The notes under the pieces: generated by a model
Told to the model about the DNA's origin: nothing
Database searches by the model: none
Seen by the model: only the letters and a program-made list of their open reading frames with translations
Assembly (NCBI GenBank): GCA_030390025.1
Contig: CM059432.1
Coordinates: 128,156,001 to 128,220,000, forward strand
Length of the DNA stretch: 64,000 nucleotides
DNA from: Squalus acanthias
Lineage: Eukaryota
Direction of reading: 5' to 3'
Program-made: the position numbers and the translations under genes
Part shown: positions 36,764 through 48,383 of the stretch, one piece after another
Layout: every line of letters begins with the position of its first letter
How positions within the stretch are numbered: the first letter of the stretch is position 1

Positions 36764-37229
36764 AAAAAAAGACTTGCATTTATATAGCACCTTTCACAAC
36801 CACCGGACGTCTCAAAGCGCTTTACAGCCAATGGAGTACTTTTGAAGTGTAGTCACTGTTGTAATGTGGGAAACGCGGCAGCCAATTTGTACACAGCAAG
36901 GTCCCACAAATAGCAATGTGATAATGACCAGATAATCTGTTTTAGTGATGTTGGTTGAGGGATAAATATTGACCAGGACACCAGGAATAACTCCCCTGCT
37001 CTTCTTCGAAATAGTGACATGGGATCTTTTACATCCACCTGAGAGAGCAGACGGGGCCTCGGTTTAACGTCTCATCCGAAAGACGGAACCTCCGACAGTG
37101 CAGCACTCCCTCAGCACTGCACTGGAGTGTCAGCCTAGCTTTATGTGCTCAAGTCCCTGGAGTGGGACTTGAATCCACAACCTTCTGACTCAGAGGCGAG
37201 TGTGCTACCCACTGAGCCACAGCTGACAC
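36764..37229 (-). mobile_element. tRNA-derived DeuSINE (SacSINE1-like), well preserved
   Basis: Minus-strand head with A box TGGCTCAGTGG and B box GGATTCAAGTCC, Deu-domain-like core (tgcactgtcggagg..ggatgagacgttaaaccgaggcccc) and L2-like tail (gtgctatataaatgcaagtc). Confidence 0.85.
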
Positions 37230-37784
37230 TATAAGCGCTAGGGACTGTAGTTATGTACCAGGGCCTTCTGAAACATCAAAGCACAGCCCTGGAGTGAAAG
37301 TAACAGGTTGATAAGAGTGAAATTGGTAGCACACCAGCTACCAATAATAGTGACCCAACACCGCAAAAAAGTTGATAGAGCCATCTACACACCCAGGGCT
37401 GACTATTGGTCTTACATTCATTTATTTATTTATTTTTAAATCATGGAACAGTGATTCTGGATTGCACCACAGTGAAATACCAAGTAAACTAATCTTGACA
37501 ATCAACATTTACAGTACCTAGAGAATCACCATATCTACAGACCTTTATTCAAATCAAAGTCTAGGAAAAAAGATTCAGTAAAAGATTATGAAGAACATTT
37601 GTGGCCAAGCTTGAACAATTTGTCCTGTAGTTTACATCAAATGGAAACCTAGGTAGAGACATTTTTTGCTATCAGCATGCACTGGATTCTAGCTCTTTTT
37701 CTGAAAATGAAGGGGCACGAACTCATTGTGCCACACACTGTCTTCTGTGACCTTATTCTTAAGAGAAAAAGTGCACATTATTAA

Positions 37785-38478
37785 CATAACAACAACAGCT
37801 TGCATTTATGTAGCACTTTTAACATAGTAAAACATCCCAAGGCACTTCACGAGCATTATCAAAGAAAATTTGACACCGAGCCGCATAAGGAGATATTAGG
37901 ACAGGTGACCAAAAGGTTGGTCAAAAAGGTAGGTTTTAAGGAGCATCTTAAAGGAAAAGAGGCAGAGAGGTTTAGGGAGGGAATTCCAGAGGTTAGGGCC
38001 AAGGCAGCTGAAGGCACAGCTGCCAGTGGTGGAGCAAAGAAAATCGGGAATGCGCAAGAGGCTGCAATTGGAGGATTGTAAGGCTGGAGGAGGTTACAGA
38101 GATGGTAAAATATGAGGCCAGGGAGGGATTGGAAAACAAGGATGAGAATTTTAAAATCGAGATGTTGCCAGACCGGGACCCAATGCAGGTCACCAAGCAC
38201 AGTTGTGATAGATGAATGGGATTTGGTGTGAGTTAGGATACAGGCAGCAGAGTTTTGGATGAGCTCACTTTTACGGAGGGTGTGAGGTGGGAGGCCTGCC
38301 AGGAGAGCATTCGAATAGTCGAGTCTAGAGGTAACAAAGGCATAGATGAGCGTTTTAGCAGCAGATGAGCTGAGGCTGGGTGGAGACGGGCAATGTTATG
38401 GAGGTGGAAGTCGGAGATCTTGGTGATTGAGAGGATATGGGGTCGGAAGCTCAGCTCAGGGTCAAATGGGATGCCAAA
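37785..38478 (-). mobile_element. L2 LINE 3' fragment
   Basis: Coding for LGDLHWVPV..DFKILILVF; (ttg)n-type tail near 37785. Confidence 0.82.
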
Positions 38479-39388
38479 ATAGAAATTTCCTAGCCTTCAG
38501 ATCTCTTTAGAAAAACATTGGAGTAAACTAACTGTTTGGAATCTAGTATGTGACTATGTTACTGGATATTGATGGCTAAAATGATGTTGCCAGTAAACAT
38601 TTAATAATTTGCAATAAAATTCAATTGAACCTTGATTATCTACCCTAATACAAGAGACCCCGATGGTTGATGATCAAGCATCCCCAAATTTGGCCAATAA
38701 ATCATCAGAATCCAGATTTGCAAGCATAAGCTCATGTATTGTTTAGCTGGGTTTATTTAAATAATGGCTTTTTCATTATTTTAGGTCGGGAATTTCCTCA
38801 GAGCTGCTTAAGTGTGGCAAAATAAACTTGTTTATGCCACAGTTCCAGTGAAGCATCTCCAAGGAAATTCTCAGCCTTGGTCTCAATAGTAGGATCATAA
38901 AGTTGTGCTTTACTCTGATAAATCAGAATTGTAAACTCTCTGGCCGTATCTAAAAATCTGAAAAGTTAAAATTATTTAAATCACAGTACTGTGAAGGACA
39001 GTCCCCGGATGAGGTACTGTGTCCCCAGGCAAACAATGTTTCCAGAAGAGTTACATCAAAGTACTGTGAAGGACATTGAATGTTCCAATTATGAAGTATT
39101 ATAATTATATTTATGCAAGCCTAAACAGTGCATTCATGTAGCTCCTTTTAAGTGCACAAACTAGTTTAAATGGCATGTTTATTTAGACTTCATACCAATA
39201 ACAAATATCATAAAGCTTTAATAAAAAGTATGTGGTTCACCTGCGCAGTCTTCTTGAGCTAAAATCACCTTGCTTTTTCTCCCTCAGAAAAAAATGTTGC
39301 TAATTAGAGGTTTAAGTACTTAAATACCCCATTATGGAACCATTTCACATGACTACTATTGCAATTTGATATTTTATATTAATTTCAG

Positions 39389-39496
39389 ATCAATCAAGCT
39401 GCTTTAGGAAAAATTAATCCTCATGTTCACGTAGAATATGAATGGCAATTACGGCAAGAGGAGATTGATGAAAGTGATGATGACTTGGATGAAAAG
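39389..39496 (+). CDS. ASAP1: ASAP1 coding exon (post-ankyrin acidic segment)
   Basis: tttcag acceptor, gtgag donor, 108 bp, phase 0-0. Translates INQAALGKINPHVHVEYEWQLRQEEIDESDDDLDEK. Confidence 0.95.
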
Positions 39497-40474
39497 GTGA
39501 GCACAGGGAAAATATAACACAGAAGTAAAGGTGTCCATCAACCTGAGCTATTCTCTCTCACTGTCTAGCAGCAACCAATTACAGAGCAACATTTGGTGGC
39601 GACCTTGATGCAGGTTACCTATGTGCTCTTATGGTTGAAAATAGCGTGTGAAGCAAGAAGTTTCGAAGAGAGGGAGAAAAATCATCTTTTAAAGTGTTTT
39701 TAATTTTTTTTTAAAAAGGATCGTCTTTTACAAGTTGGATTGAAGAATGGCCCAATGCAATACTTTGTCCTGAATAAAAAGGCTGAATTTAAAAATGAAT
39801 ATATAATACAGATTTTGCATTTTAGGGGAAAAAATTGCAGATAGCTCCCTGATAGTTCATTGGGTAATTGTACTACAGTGTGGTGCTGAGTCATACGCAT
39901 CAGGAGGCCCTGCAGTTTGATCCTTGGTATATGATGAGTTAGCTGATTTCAGCTGGGGCTGTAGTAGAGGTACTACAGTTCACCTAGACGGCTCCCCAGC
40001 ATTTCCCCCCCCACCCCCCCACTGATTTGGTAGGGTAGAAAACAGGCAGGGGATAGATATTCGTCTGTACCACCTGGACATGAATTATCACCTGGGCAGA
40101 GCACAGGAAGGAAAATCAAGTGGTGAGGATTACACGCAGGTGAAGAGCCTGTTCAACTTTCCTTCTATTAATTTAAATGGAGGGAATATCGCAGGATCCG
40201 TTATGGGTGTGTGATCCTCCTCACCTGGTTTTCTATTCTGCACACTACCTAGGTAATGCTTTACACCCAGGCAATACAGATAAACATCTACCTGAGGGTT
40301 TCTGCGCTTTAATGCTAGAAAATGCACCTGGGTGGATGTTAGGATCAATCTTGGCACTGATGTATCCACAGTTGAATAGCTCTCTGATACTCATTGTCTA
40401 AGAATACACAAGACTAGCGATTTCCATAATGTGGCTGCCATGGCATGTACCCCAGCATCTTCAAAATAAATTTC

Positions 40475-41085
40475 TAGAGGGATAGAATTGAAAAGCAGAG
40501 AAGTTATGTTAAACTTGTACAGAACTTTGGTTAGATCACACTTGGAGGACTGTGAACGGTTCTGGTCTCCATATTATAAAAAAGATATAAAGGCACTGGA
40601 GAAAGTTCTGGTATCATTCTAGTTAATGTTTTTTTGCACTGGGAGGTTATACCAATCAGGAAAGATTGATCAGGCCGGGGCTCTTTTCTCCAAAGACTGA
40701 GGGGTGACCTGATAGAGGTCTTTAAGATTATGAAAGGGTTTGAGAGGGTCGACGTGGAGAAGATGTTTCAACTTGCAGGGGAGACCAGAACTCGGGGCCA
40801 TAAATATAAGATAGTCACTTATAAATCCAACAGGGAATTCAGGAGAATCTTCTTTAGCCAGAGAGTGGTTAGAATGTGGAACTCGCTACCACAAGGTGTA
40901 GTTGAGGCGACTAGCATAGATGCATTTAAGGGGAAGCTAGATAAACATATGAGGGAGAAAGTAATAGAAGGATATATTGATGGGGTTAGATGAAAAAGGG
41001 TCGGGGGAGACTCGTGTGGAACATAAACACCGCCATGGGCCAGTTGGGCTGAATAGCCTATTTCTGTTCTGTAAATACTATGTAA
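40475..41085 (+). mobile_element. CR1 LINE 3' fragment
   Basis: Coding for GETRTRGHKYKI..FFSQRVVRMWNSLP, followed by the 3'UTR. Confidence 0.85.
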
Positions 41086-41589
41086 AATAGAAGATGGGGA
41101 AATTATAACTGATAGCGTGGCAAGATATTTAATATGCCCCATGCTTTACTGATCTGACTAGAACTATATTTAGGATGAGATGGGCAAGTGATCCTTTTAA
41201 CTGATTATCTTTCTCCGTGTTTCAGCTGAGAAAGACTTGCAATTTCAAATTCTTGCCACTGATGATGCTGTCCTATAGTCTGGATTGGGCATCTTAACTT
41301 AATTGTTACTTGGTCAATTCTGAATTTTAGGTGAATGATGTCATACATCTGTGAGCAGTTTCAGGTTTTCTCTCAAAGATTGACAAACTTTCTAAAGAGC
41401 AGTAGAAGCTACAAAACTTAAATTTTGGATGAGATGAACTGAGTTTGGATTATAGTCTTAACTGATATTCATATCCAGGCTTTTCCTGGATAGCAGATTT
41501 CAGTCTATGTCACCTTCTTTATGATTGAAATGGGACAATAGCCAGAAGAGAAGAGTGAGAGAGAGAGAGAGAGAGCAGGATATCCAGAA

Positions 41590-41967
41590 GTATTTTACAG
41601 CCAATGAATAACTTTTTAAGTGTATAGTCACTTGTTTTGTGGCAAACATGGCTGCAGATTTGTACACAGCAAGGTCCCACAACAGTAATGAGATGGTGGT
41701 TGGTTAAGAAATCAGTTTTGGCCACGATAATGGGAGAGCTCCCTTGCTAGTCTTTAAATAGTATATGGGATCTTTTATTACGTCCATCTGAAAAGGCAAA
41801 CATGACCTTGGTTTAACATCTCATCCAATAGACAGCACCTCTAACAATGAAATACTCCCTCAGTACTGCACTGAAAAGTAAATCAAGATTATGTGCTTGT
41901 CCTTGAGTGTGGCTTGTGAATTCGTGACCTTCAAGCCGAGAATGCTACCACTGAGCCAAGGCTGCCA
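41590..41967 (-). mobile_element. Diverged DeuSINE copy
   Basis: Colinear similarity to 36764-37229. Confidence 0.75.
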
Positions 41968-42285
41968 GTACATCATCTAGCAGGTTAACTATGTAGCATG
42001 TTTACAAATAATTTTGAACCATTCCAGGGTTTGTATTGATTTCTATTGTTTGGTTAGCTAATAGGGCAAATATTGGTTCTGAGTAATTTATCCAAATATA
42101 AATAGAATTACAAGTAGAATAATAAAACTAAGAAAAGCAAGTCTTCTTACCTAGTTTATAGGATGTGATTCAACTTGAAATTTGATATGATTGATTAAGA
42201 GTTCTGCTTTATATTACCATGAGCCAGGAAAGCTTTACTTTGTAGTGCTGTCCTAGAGGAAGTATATTTGTCTGAAAAAAATGTA

Positions 42286-42975
42286 GGACTGGATTTTGTC
42301 TTGGGGTCGGGTTGGGGTCGTGTCATCCGCATTTCGTGTTATCCACCCGCCTGAAATTGGATGTGGGAGATTGATGCAATTTTCACTTAATTGGGCAATT
42401 GAGTTCCAGCATGTGGGAACCCATGTACCAATTAGTGTTTTCAGTCTGAAAGTTGCCTCTGATGATGTCATCATTGCTGCTGCTGCATTGAAGGTCAGGT
42501 CAGAGACTGCCTGGCTTTTGCTGTGAGTGGACCTGGATGATATGAGAGAGATCGAGAGATCCCAGGCAGTCTCTGAGCACATTCAATGCAGCAGCATCAG
42601 AGGCGACTTTCAGACCTAATACTACTACCTTCATCACATCTCCGTACGAATAGTGGACCTGCAGCTGATAGCCAGCTATCCACTTGTGCTCCCGCCAGGT
42701 TTCACTGGAGTGTTTCACATCAGGCGTACTTCACGTCAGAAAAGGGTTAAACTAGCTAAAACATTTCAAAATGGCATTACAGAGCCAATTTAGGGCTTGT
42801 TAATGGCTTTAATGGCCTCTCCCACCTCTTGGAGGCGGGACGGAGTCGGGAACCCCGTGACCGATTTTGTCAAAATTGCGTGGAGGCGGGATGGGGTCGG
42901 GACCCCCGACCCCGCAACTTTAACCCCCCCCCACGCCTCCAAACCCGACTCCATGGGGCATTCAAAATCCAGCCC
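42286..42975. mobile_element. PIF/Harbinger MITE related to 12644-13330
   Basis: TIRs ggactggattttg ... caaaatccagccc with 3-bp TSD GTA. The first ~250 bp and last ~260 bp are homologous to 12644-13330. Confidence 0.88.
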
Positions 42976-43270
42976 GTAGTCTTTCATAGTTATAAGCTAT
43001 GTAATTGAGGTAAGTTTGGCTTGGAAATTACTGTCACTTATGGGACAAACACAATCAAATCTGAGATCTCAAATTTAAGAACTATTCATTCATTATATAA
43101 AAACACCTATGGGCAAAAAGCCAAAATTACTGAAAATTGAATGTGTGACATACAGAAATATTTCATCCCTGGGTAGCTATCAGCGTTGTCATTTTAACTG
43201 AGATGGATTATTAATCTTAGATTAGGAGTTATGATACATTTAACTCATGTCCTCTTTTCCCTTTCATTAG

Positions 43271-43496
43271 ACCAGCCCTATAAAGAAAGAGCGTTCTCCA
43301 AGGCCACAGAGCTTCTGCCACTCTTCCAGTCTCTCCCCACAAGATAAGCTTATGATTCCAGGGCTTGGCATAGCACGAGAAAAACAGCGACTTTCATATG
43401 GGGCATTTAGTAATCAAATATATGGAAGTGGCACAGATTCCCCTATGTCACCGGCCACTGACGCCCCTCCTCTTCCTCCTAGGAATCCAAGCAAAG
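43271..43496 (+). CDS. ASAP1: ASAP1 coding exon (Ser/Pro-rich region)
   Basis: ttag acceptor, gttgg donor, 226 bp. Translates TSPIKKERSPRPQSFCHSSSLSPQDKLMIPG...KQRLSYGAFSNQIY...DAPPLPPRNPSK. As recalled, KKERSPRPQSFCHSSS matches ASAP1 rather than ASAP2. Confidence 0.95.
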
Positions 43497-45904
43497 GTTG
43501 GTGACTGAATAAGAAAGACATTTTCTAATGTGTTAGTGCATTTAATTATGACTTGCAGTTGCATATTTAACTGCTAATTGCAACTTGGCAAATGTTCATT
43601 AGATTATTCCAGTTGAGCTACCGTCTACTTTTCTTAGTGCCATTAACAGGAACATTTGCTCTGCCATATCTCGTATTCTGTGGTAAACTTTATTATTCTC
43701 TCCCTTACTGTTTAACACAAGAACTTGATGAATTTGTCAGTGACTCATTGGAGCCGAAATTCCTGCTTACTAATTTTTGCAAAAATGTAGATGCGAGTAA
43801 CGTATGGTGGAATGCAAGTAGGAAATGCTAACTGAGTATTCGTCTATGTTTAGCATTGCTTTGATCATTCCTACCCCTCCAAAAATGGATTCATGAACAT
43901 CAAAAATAATTAATAAAAAAGCAAATCATTCCTTGTTGAGGTCATTAATAAGGAAGTTGTACGTGTTTTGCTACTGCACAGTCAAACTGAAAAGTATGTT
44001 ATTCCAAATCAGACGTGGCATTACTGAGCTTAAAGAATGAGAAAATTGCAAAGCAACACCACAATCATGGGTAGAAGAATTAGAGTAACTGGTAGATTCA
44101 ATCTATCAGCCAGAAATAGTGCTGGTGTATACTCTGGAGAAAGAAAAGAAAAACAAAACTAAACTACAAGTTGTAAACTAGTTCACAAATTGATGGCTTT
44201 TCCATTAAACTTCAAAATCAACTGTCAGTAGTAACAGATTTAGAGATTCTAAAAGAAGATATGAGGAGATTTATTTTCCAGACAACCCTGGGGGCACGAT
44301 GCCCAAAACCGTTTTGATATTTGGTGCCTTTTTTTTTTAGCATTTTGAGGATCATTTTGAAGGAAGGGGCCATTCATTTTTTTTTAACCACACATTCTGA
44401 GCTATTACTTTCCAACTCCATAGCAATTCCAATAAGGTAACCTACACTACTATATCAAAAAAAAATAAGGACCTCATACTAAAATGTCTGATCAGACATT
44501 TCTCACAACAAAACACACTGTAATTATCCAGTAATACATTAATTCAATCCATCAACCTTTGAACTCTGTTCTGCATCGCTCGCTCTATTGATTAAAATTT
44601 TGCATTACTGGATCTCTGCTTAGCCAGGTTTCAAAATAGTAACTTATGGTTTCAAACTTAAATATTAATAAACTTTACCCCTGAAATTATGCTATTTTAG
44701 CAGAAATGTTAATCCATTGGAAAAAAAATTCTAAAGTGTTGAGAGTAATTTCAAACGAACATGCTAAGTATTTGTTAGCAACAAATGAGGCATGAGATGG
44801 AGACAGGCTTCCGTGATATGATTAAAGCCATCAGGTCTGTGCATCCACAGATCAGAGGGCTTGTTGACAGGGTCAGGATGGATTTGGCTATGGAGGATGA
44901 TGCTCTCTCAGGATAGCAGATCTTGCACAGTACTCCTTCACTCACTACCATGACTGTTCAAGAGCCAGAAGGCAGGCTGATGATGCATCTGCAGAGAGTT
45001 CATACCCTGTATCGAGCCCATCCAGGGTCTGTACTCTGGAGTCAAGAGCCACCTCGTTTCCAGTATCATGTTCCAGAGCAACAGCTTAACAGCCCCTCCC
45101 ATTGTCAGTGGGAGTTCAATTAGAAAGAGCACTAGGATAGGTTGCCATGCAGCCACAGCACCACTATAGAAAAAGTGGGAAAGAGAGAAATCACTGTGAC
45201 GATAAAGGGTAGACACTCAGCTACCCACCATCTTTTAAATAATCACTATTGGAACTCAGTTTCTGTTCTATTTGTGCCGAGTGAACAGGGAAAACAACTG
45301 TGGGTGTGTGCACTTAAGATTTGTGGATAGGAGGAGAGTGAAGGTCTGACTGGGATGATTCTCTTTGTGTTGATTGTGGGATGGAGCTATTGTATGGATA
45401 GGTGGAAGAAGGAATCTTGACCTTCGTTAATGAAGCAGTTGATGGTGGCTCTGGAGAAAACCAGGTGAATATCTTCAGCAGCCATCAGGGGAGGCTTGTG
45501 ATTGTTGCTCCTCTTCTGCCCCAAATAAGCCATTTCACCAAACGGCATGCAACAATGAAAAAGAGCTACTGTATTCGACAAAGTTTATGAAACTGCAAAG
45601 CCATTTTTTAATTCAAAAGGTCAAAAAAAAGCCCCATCTTTCTGGAACAGCCTGTCCTTTTAAGTCAGGTAGCGCCTAAATGGCAGCTCAGGAAGCTTTA
45701 GTGTTATGCATTTTTGGGAGCAGTTTGACCCTGAACTGGACCTGGCGCTAGAGCAGAAATCTGAGTGCACAAGTCGCTTACGCACATTTGCATGCATTTT
45801 ACAAGTGTGCACCCTCTTCAAGTGGTTAATCCTGACTGTTCCTGAACAACCTTACAGAAAATTCAGCTACAATGCTTTTTAGGTGCAAAATAAAGGCAAA
45901 GGAT

Positions 45905-46550
45905 TAACTTAACTGGACCGGCCGCATAAATACTGTGGCTACAAGAGCAGGTCAGAGGCTGGGTATTCTGTGGCAAGTGTCTCACCCCCTGACTCCCCAA
46001 AGCCTCACCACCATCTACAATGCACAAGTCAGGAGTTTGATGGAATACTCTCCACTTGCTTGGATGAGTGTAGCTCCAACAACACTCAAGAAGCTCAACA
46101 CCATCCAGGACAAAGCAGCTCGCTTGATTGGCACCCTATCCACCACCTTAAACATTCACTCCCTCCACCACCGGCACACTGACTGCAGTGTGTACCATCT
46201 ACAAGATGCACTGTAGCAACTTGCCACGGCTTCTTTGGCAGCATCTCCCAAACCCGCGACCTCTTCCACCTAGAAGGACAAGGGCAGCAGGCGCATGGGA
46301 ACACCACCACCACCAAGTTCCCCTCCAAGTCACACACCATCCTGACTTGGAAATACATCGCCATTCCTTCATCACCGCTGGGTCAAAATTCTGGAACTCC
46401 CTCCATAACAGCACTATGGGAGTACCTTCACCATACGGACTGCAGTGGTTCAAGAAGGCGGTTCATCATCGCCTTCTCGAGGGCAATTAGGGATGGGCAA
46501 TAAATGCTGGCCTTGCCAGCAACGCCCACATCGCAGCAACAAATTAAAAA
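45905..46550 (+). mobile_element. LINE family X 3' fragment
   Basis: Coding for ATRAGQRLGIL..; homologous to the reverse complement of 8133-8780, with an A-rich end. Confidence 0.88.
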
Positions 46551-46717
46551 TAAATATTTTGCCTGTGCAAAGGACCCATTTTCAGGTAAACCCAGGAAAT
46601 TCACCCTTTATATACACACAGGATGCAAACCTTTGGTGTCATGTCCAAGTGTAATTTCCTTTCACACAAATTCTTCAAGTCAGAAAGTTCTTAATGATTT
46701 AAAGATAGCCAATACTT

Positions 46718-46810
46718 TGACATTTGATCTCCACAAGTGGTGGATGTTTACTGCAGATGAGGTGACATTTGATCTCCACAAGTGGTGGATGTTTACTGCA
46801 GATGAGGTGA
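46718..46810. repeat. Perfect 45-bp tandem duplication
   Basis: tgacatttgatctccacaagtggtggatgtttactgcagatgagg occurs twice, followed by tga. Confidence 0.95.
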
Positions 46811-48383
46811 AGTCAACAGTGAAGAAATCTCACTTAACAAATAGGACAACAGCAAATGAGAATTTTTCCAAGGATACTGTATCAAGCTTTAGTAGTTTTG
46901 AAAGTAGACTTTACTTTGCAGTTATGCCATCGTTGCCTAAAATTTCCATTACTGATTATATAAAAGACACATGGAAGTTTTATATTGCACTTATATTTTG
47001 CTTCTATTTTAATAATTTGCCCCACTTAAATCCAAAACTTAATGTAGTACATCAAAGTTGTTTTGATTGGCTGCTACCAGTGTCAAAATTAACATCTTTA
47101 TATGTTCTGCACTTCAACCCTTGCTGAACAGGAAAGTCAAGCCTGTCACGACCAGACAGCAGTGTCTTTTAGAAAATCAGAAATTTATCTGCTGGTATTC
47201 AGCTATTTTCCATTACTGTTGGGTACACCACAGCTAGATTAACAAATCTTTCAACATTTGTATCAGTTAAGTGGATCAGTTGGTGTTTGAGAAGTGTAAA
47301 AGGATCCATTGTTGGCTTTTTTTTGTTAGCACGAACAAAATCGCTTTCTTAGGAATCCATACTTTTAATTATGTGCATTCTTAGTTTCCACCAAATACAG
47401 TATTTACCCATTTTAAAATAGGAATTTCAGCCCCACTGTGATATCATATCTTACTATAATAAATATATTTCAAACCAATCACCACATCATACCACAAATT
47501 GAACAAGTTAATAGTGCCTCTGTAGACTAATGATTCTATCCTACTAACTTAGCTGGAAGCCACTGTTTCATGCATGCAACTAAGAAAACAGTACTTGAAA
47601 AATCAGTACTTCTGATTCAAGCTATGTTGCTAATATTTAAAAAGAATAAATCTGATATTTAAACATATATAAATATAACAATTTAAAAAAAATATATATA
47701 ATGCAAGAGAAAAAACTATAATACAACTGAAAAATATAAATATTGGCTCCGTGCCAGTGGTTTCAGATTTCTAATGTTAAATCTCATAAGCGCTAATATA
47801 AATCAATTTACAAAGGAACTTACCTACCAGTAGTTTAAAAGTGAGTTTATATAGAACTTGAAGTAACAATACGAGTTGCATTTTTATTCAAATATGTGAT
47901 TTAGCAGGAAAAATAAATATTGGTAAGTATTTTTTTTGTTAAATTCTAACAATCCAGAGTCTGTTCATGAAAATATCTTTTTTGTAAATTGCTATTTTCC
48001 TTCACAAATGTAAAAACAAATACAGGCCCCAGATATCTGATGTAATACACTGGTAGATGAACTTTCAACCTAAAATGAATGTGACAGTTTCTCCGCAGAC
48101 TGGCAGATTAGTTTGTAGCATGTAATTTAACTTGCCAAAAATAAAAAGGGAAGAAAGGGGGATGTGAACAAGATCCTTTTGATATGGGATAGTGAGAGCA
48201 ATTCTGCAATTCTGTGCTCCCAGCAGAGAACCATACTTGCAAGAAGCACAGATTGGAAAATTGAAGCTACAGTGTTGCAGCCCTTTCTCTGACCGGCAGG
48301 GGCAGCTCCCTGCTGGGAGTGCAGGATTGTGCAATTACCCCTTCATTTAGATGCAACAGGAAGAGATTGTGCATTTAGAGAGC

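Noticed and set aside
37155..37229. tRNA gene
   Set aside because: The A and B boxes belong to the tRNA-derived head of a SINE that continues into Deu-like core and L2-like tail sequence.
46504..47127. 207-aa ORF with a repeated TFDLHKWWMFTADEV peptide
   Set aside because: It starts in a LINE tail, runs through AT-rich intron, and the peptide repeat is just the 45-bp duplication.
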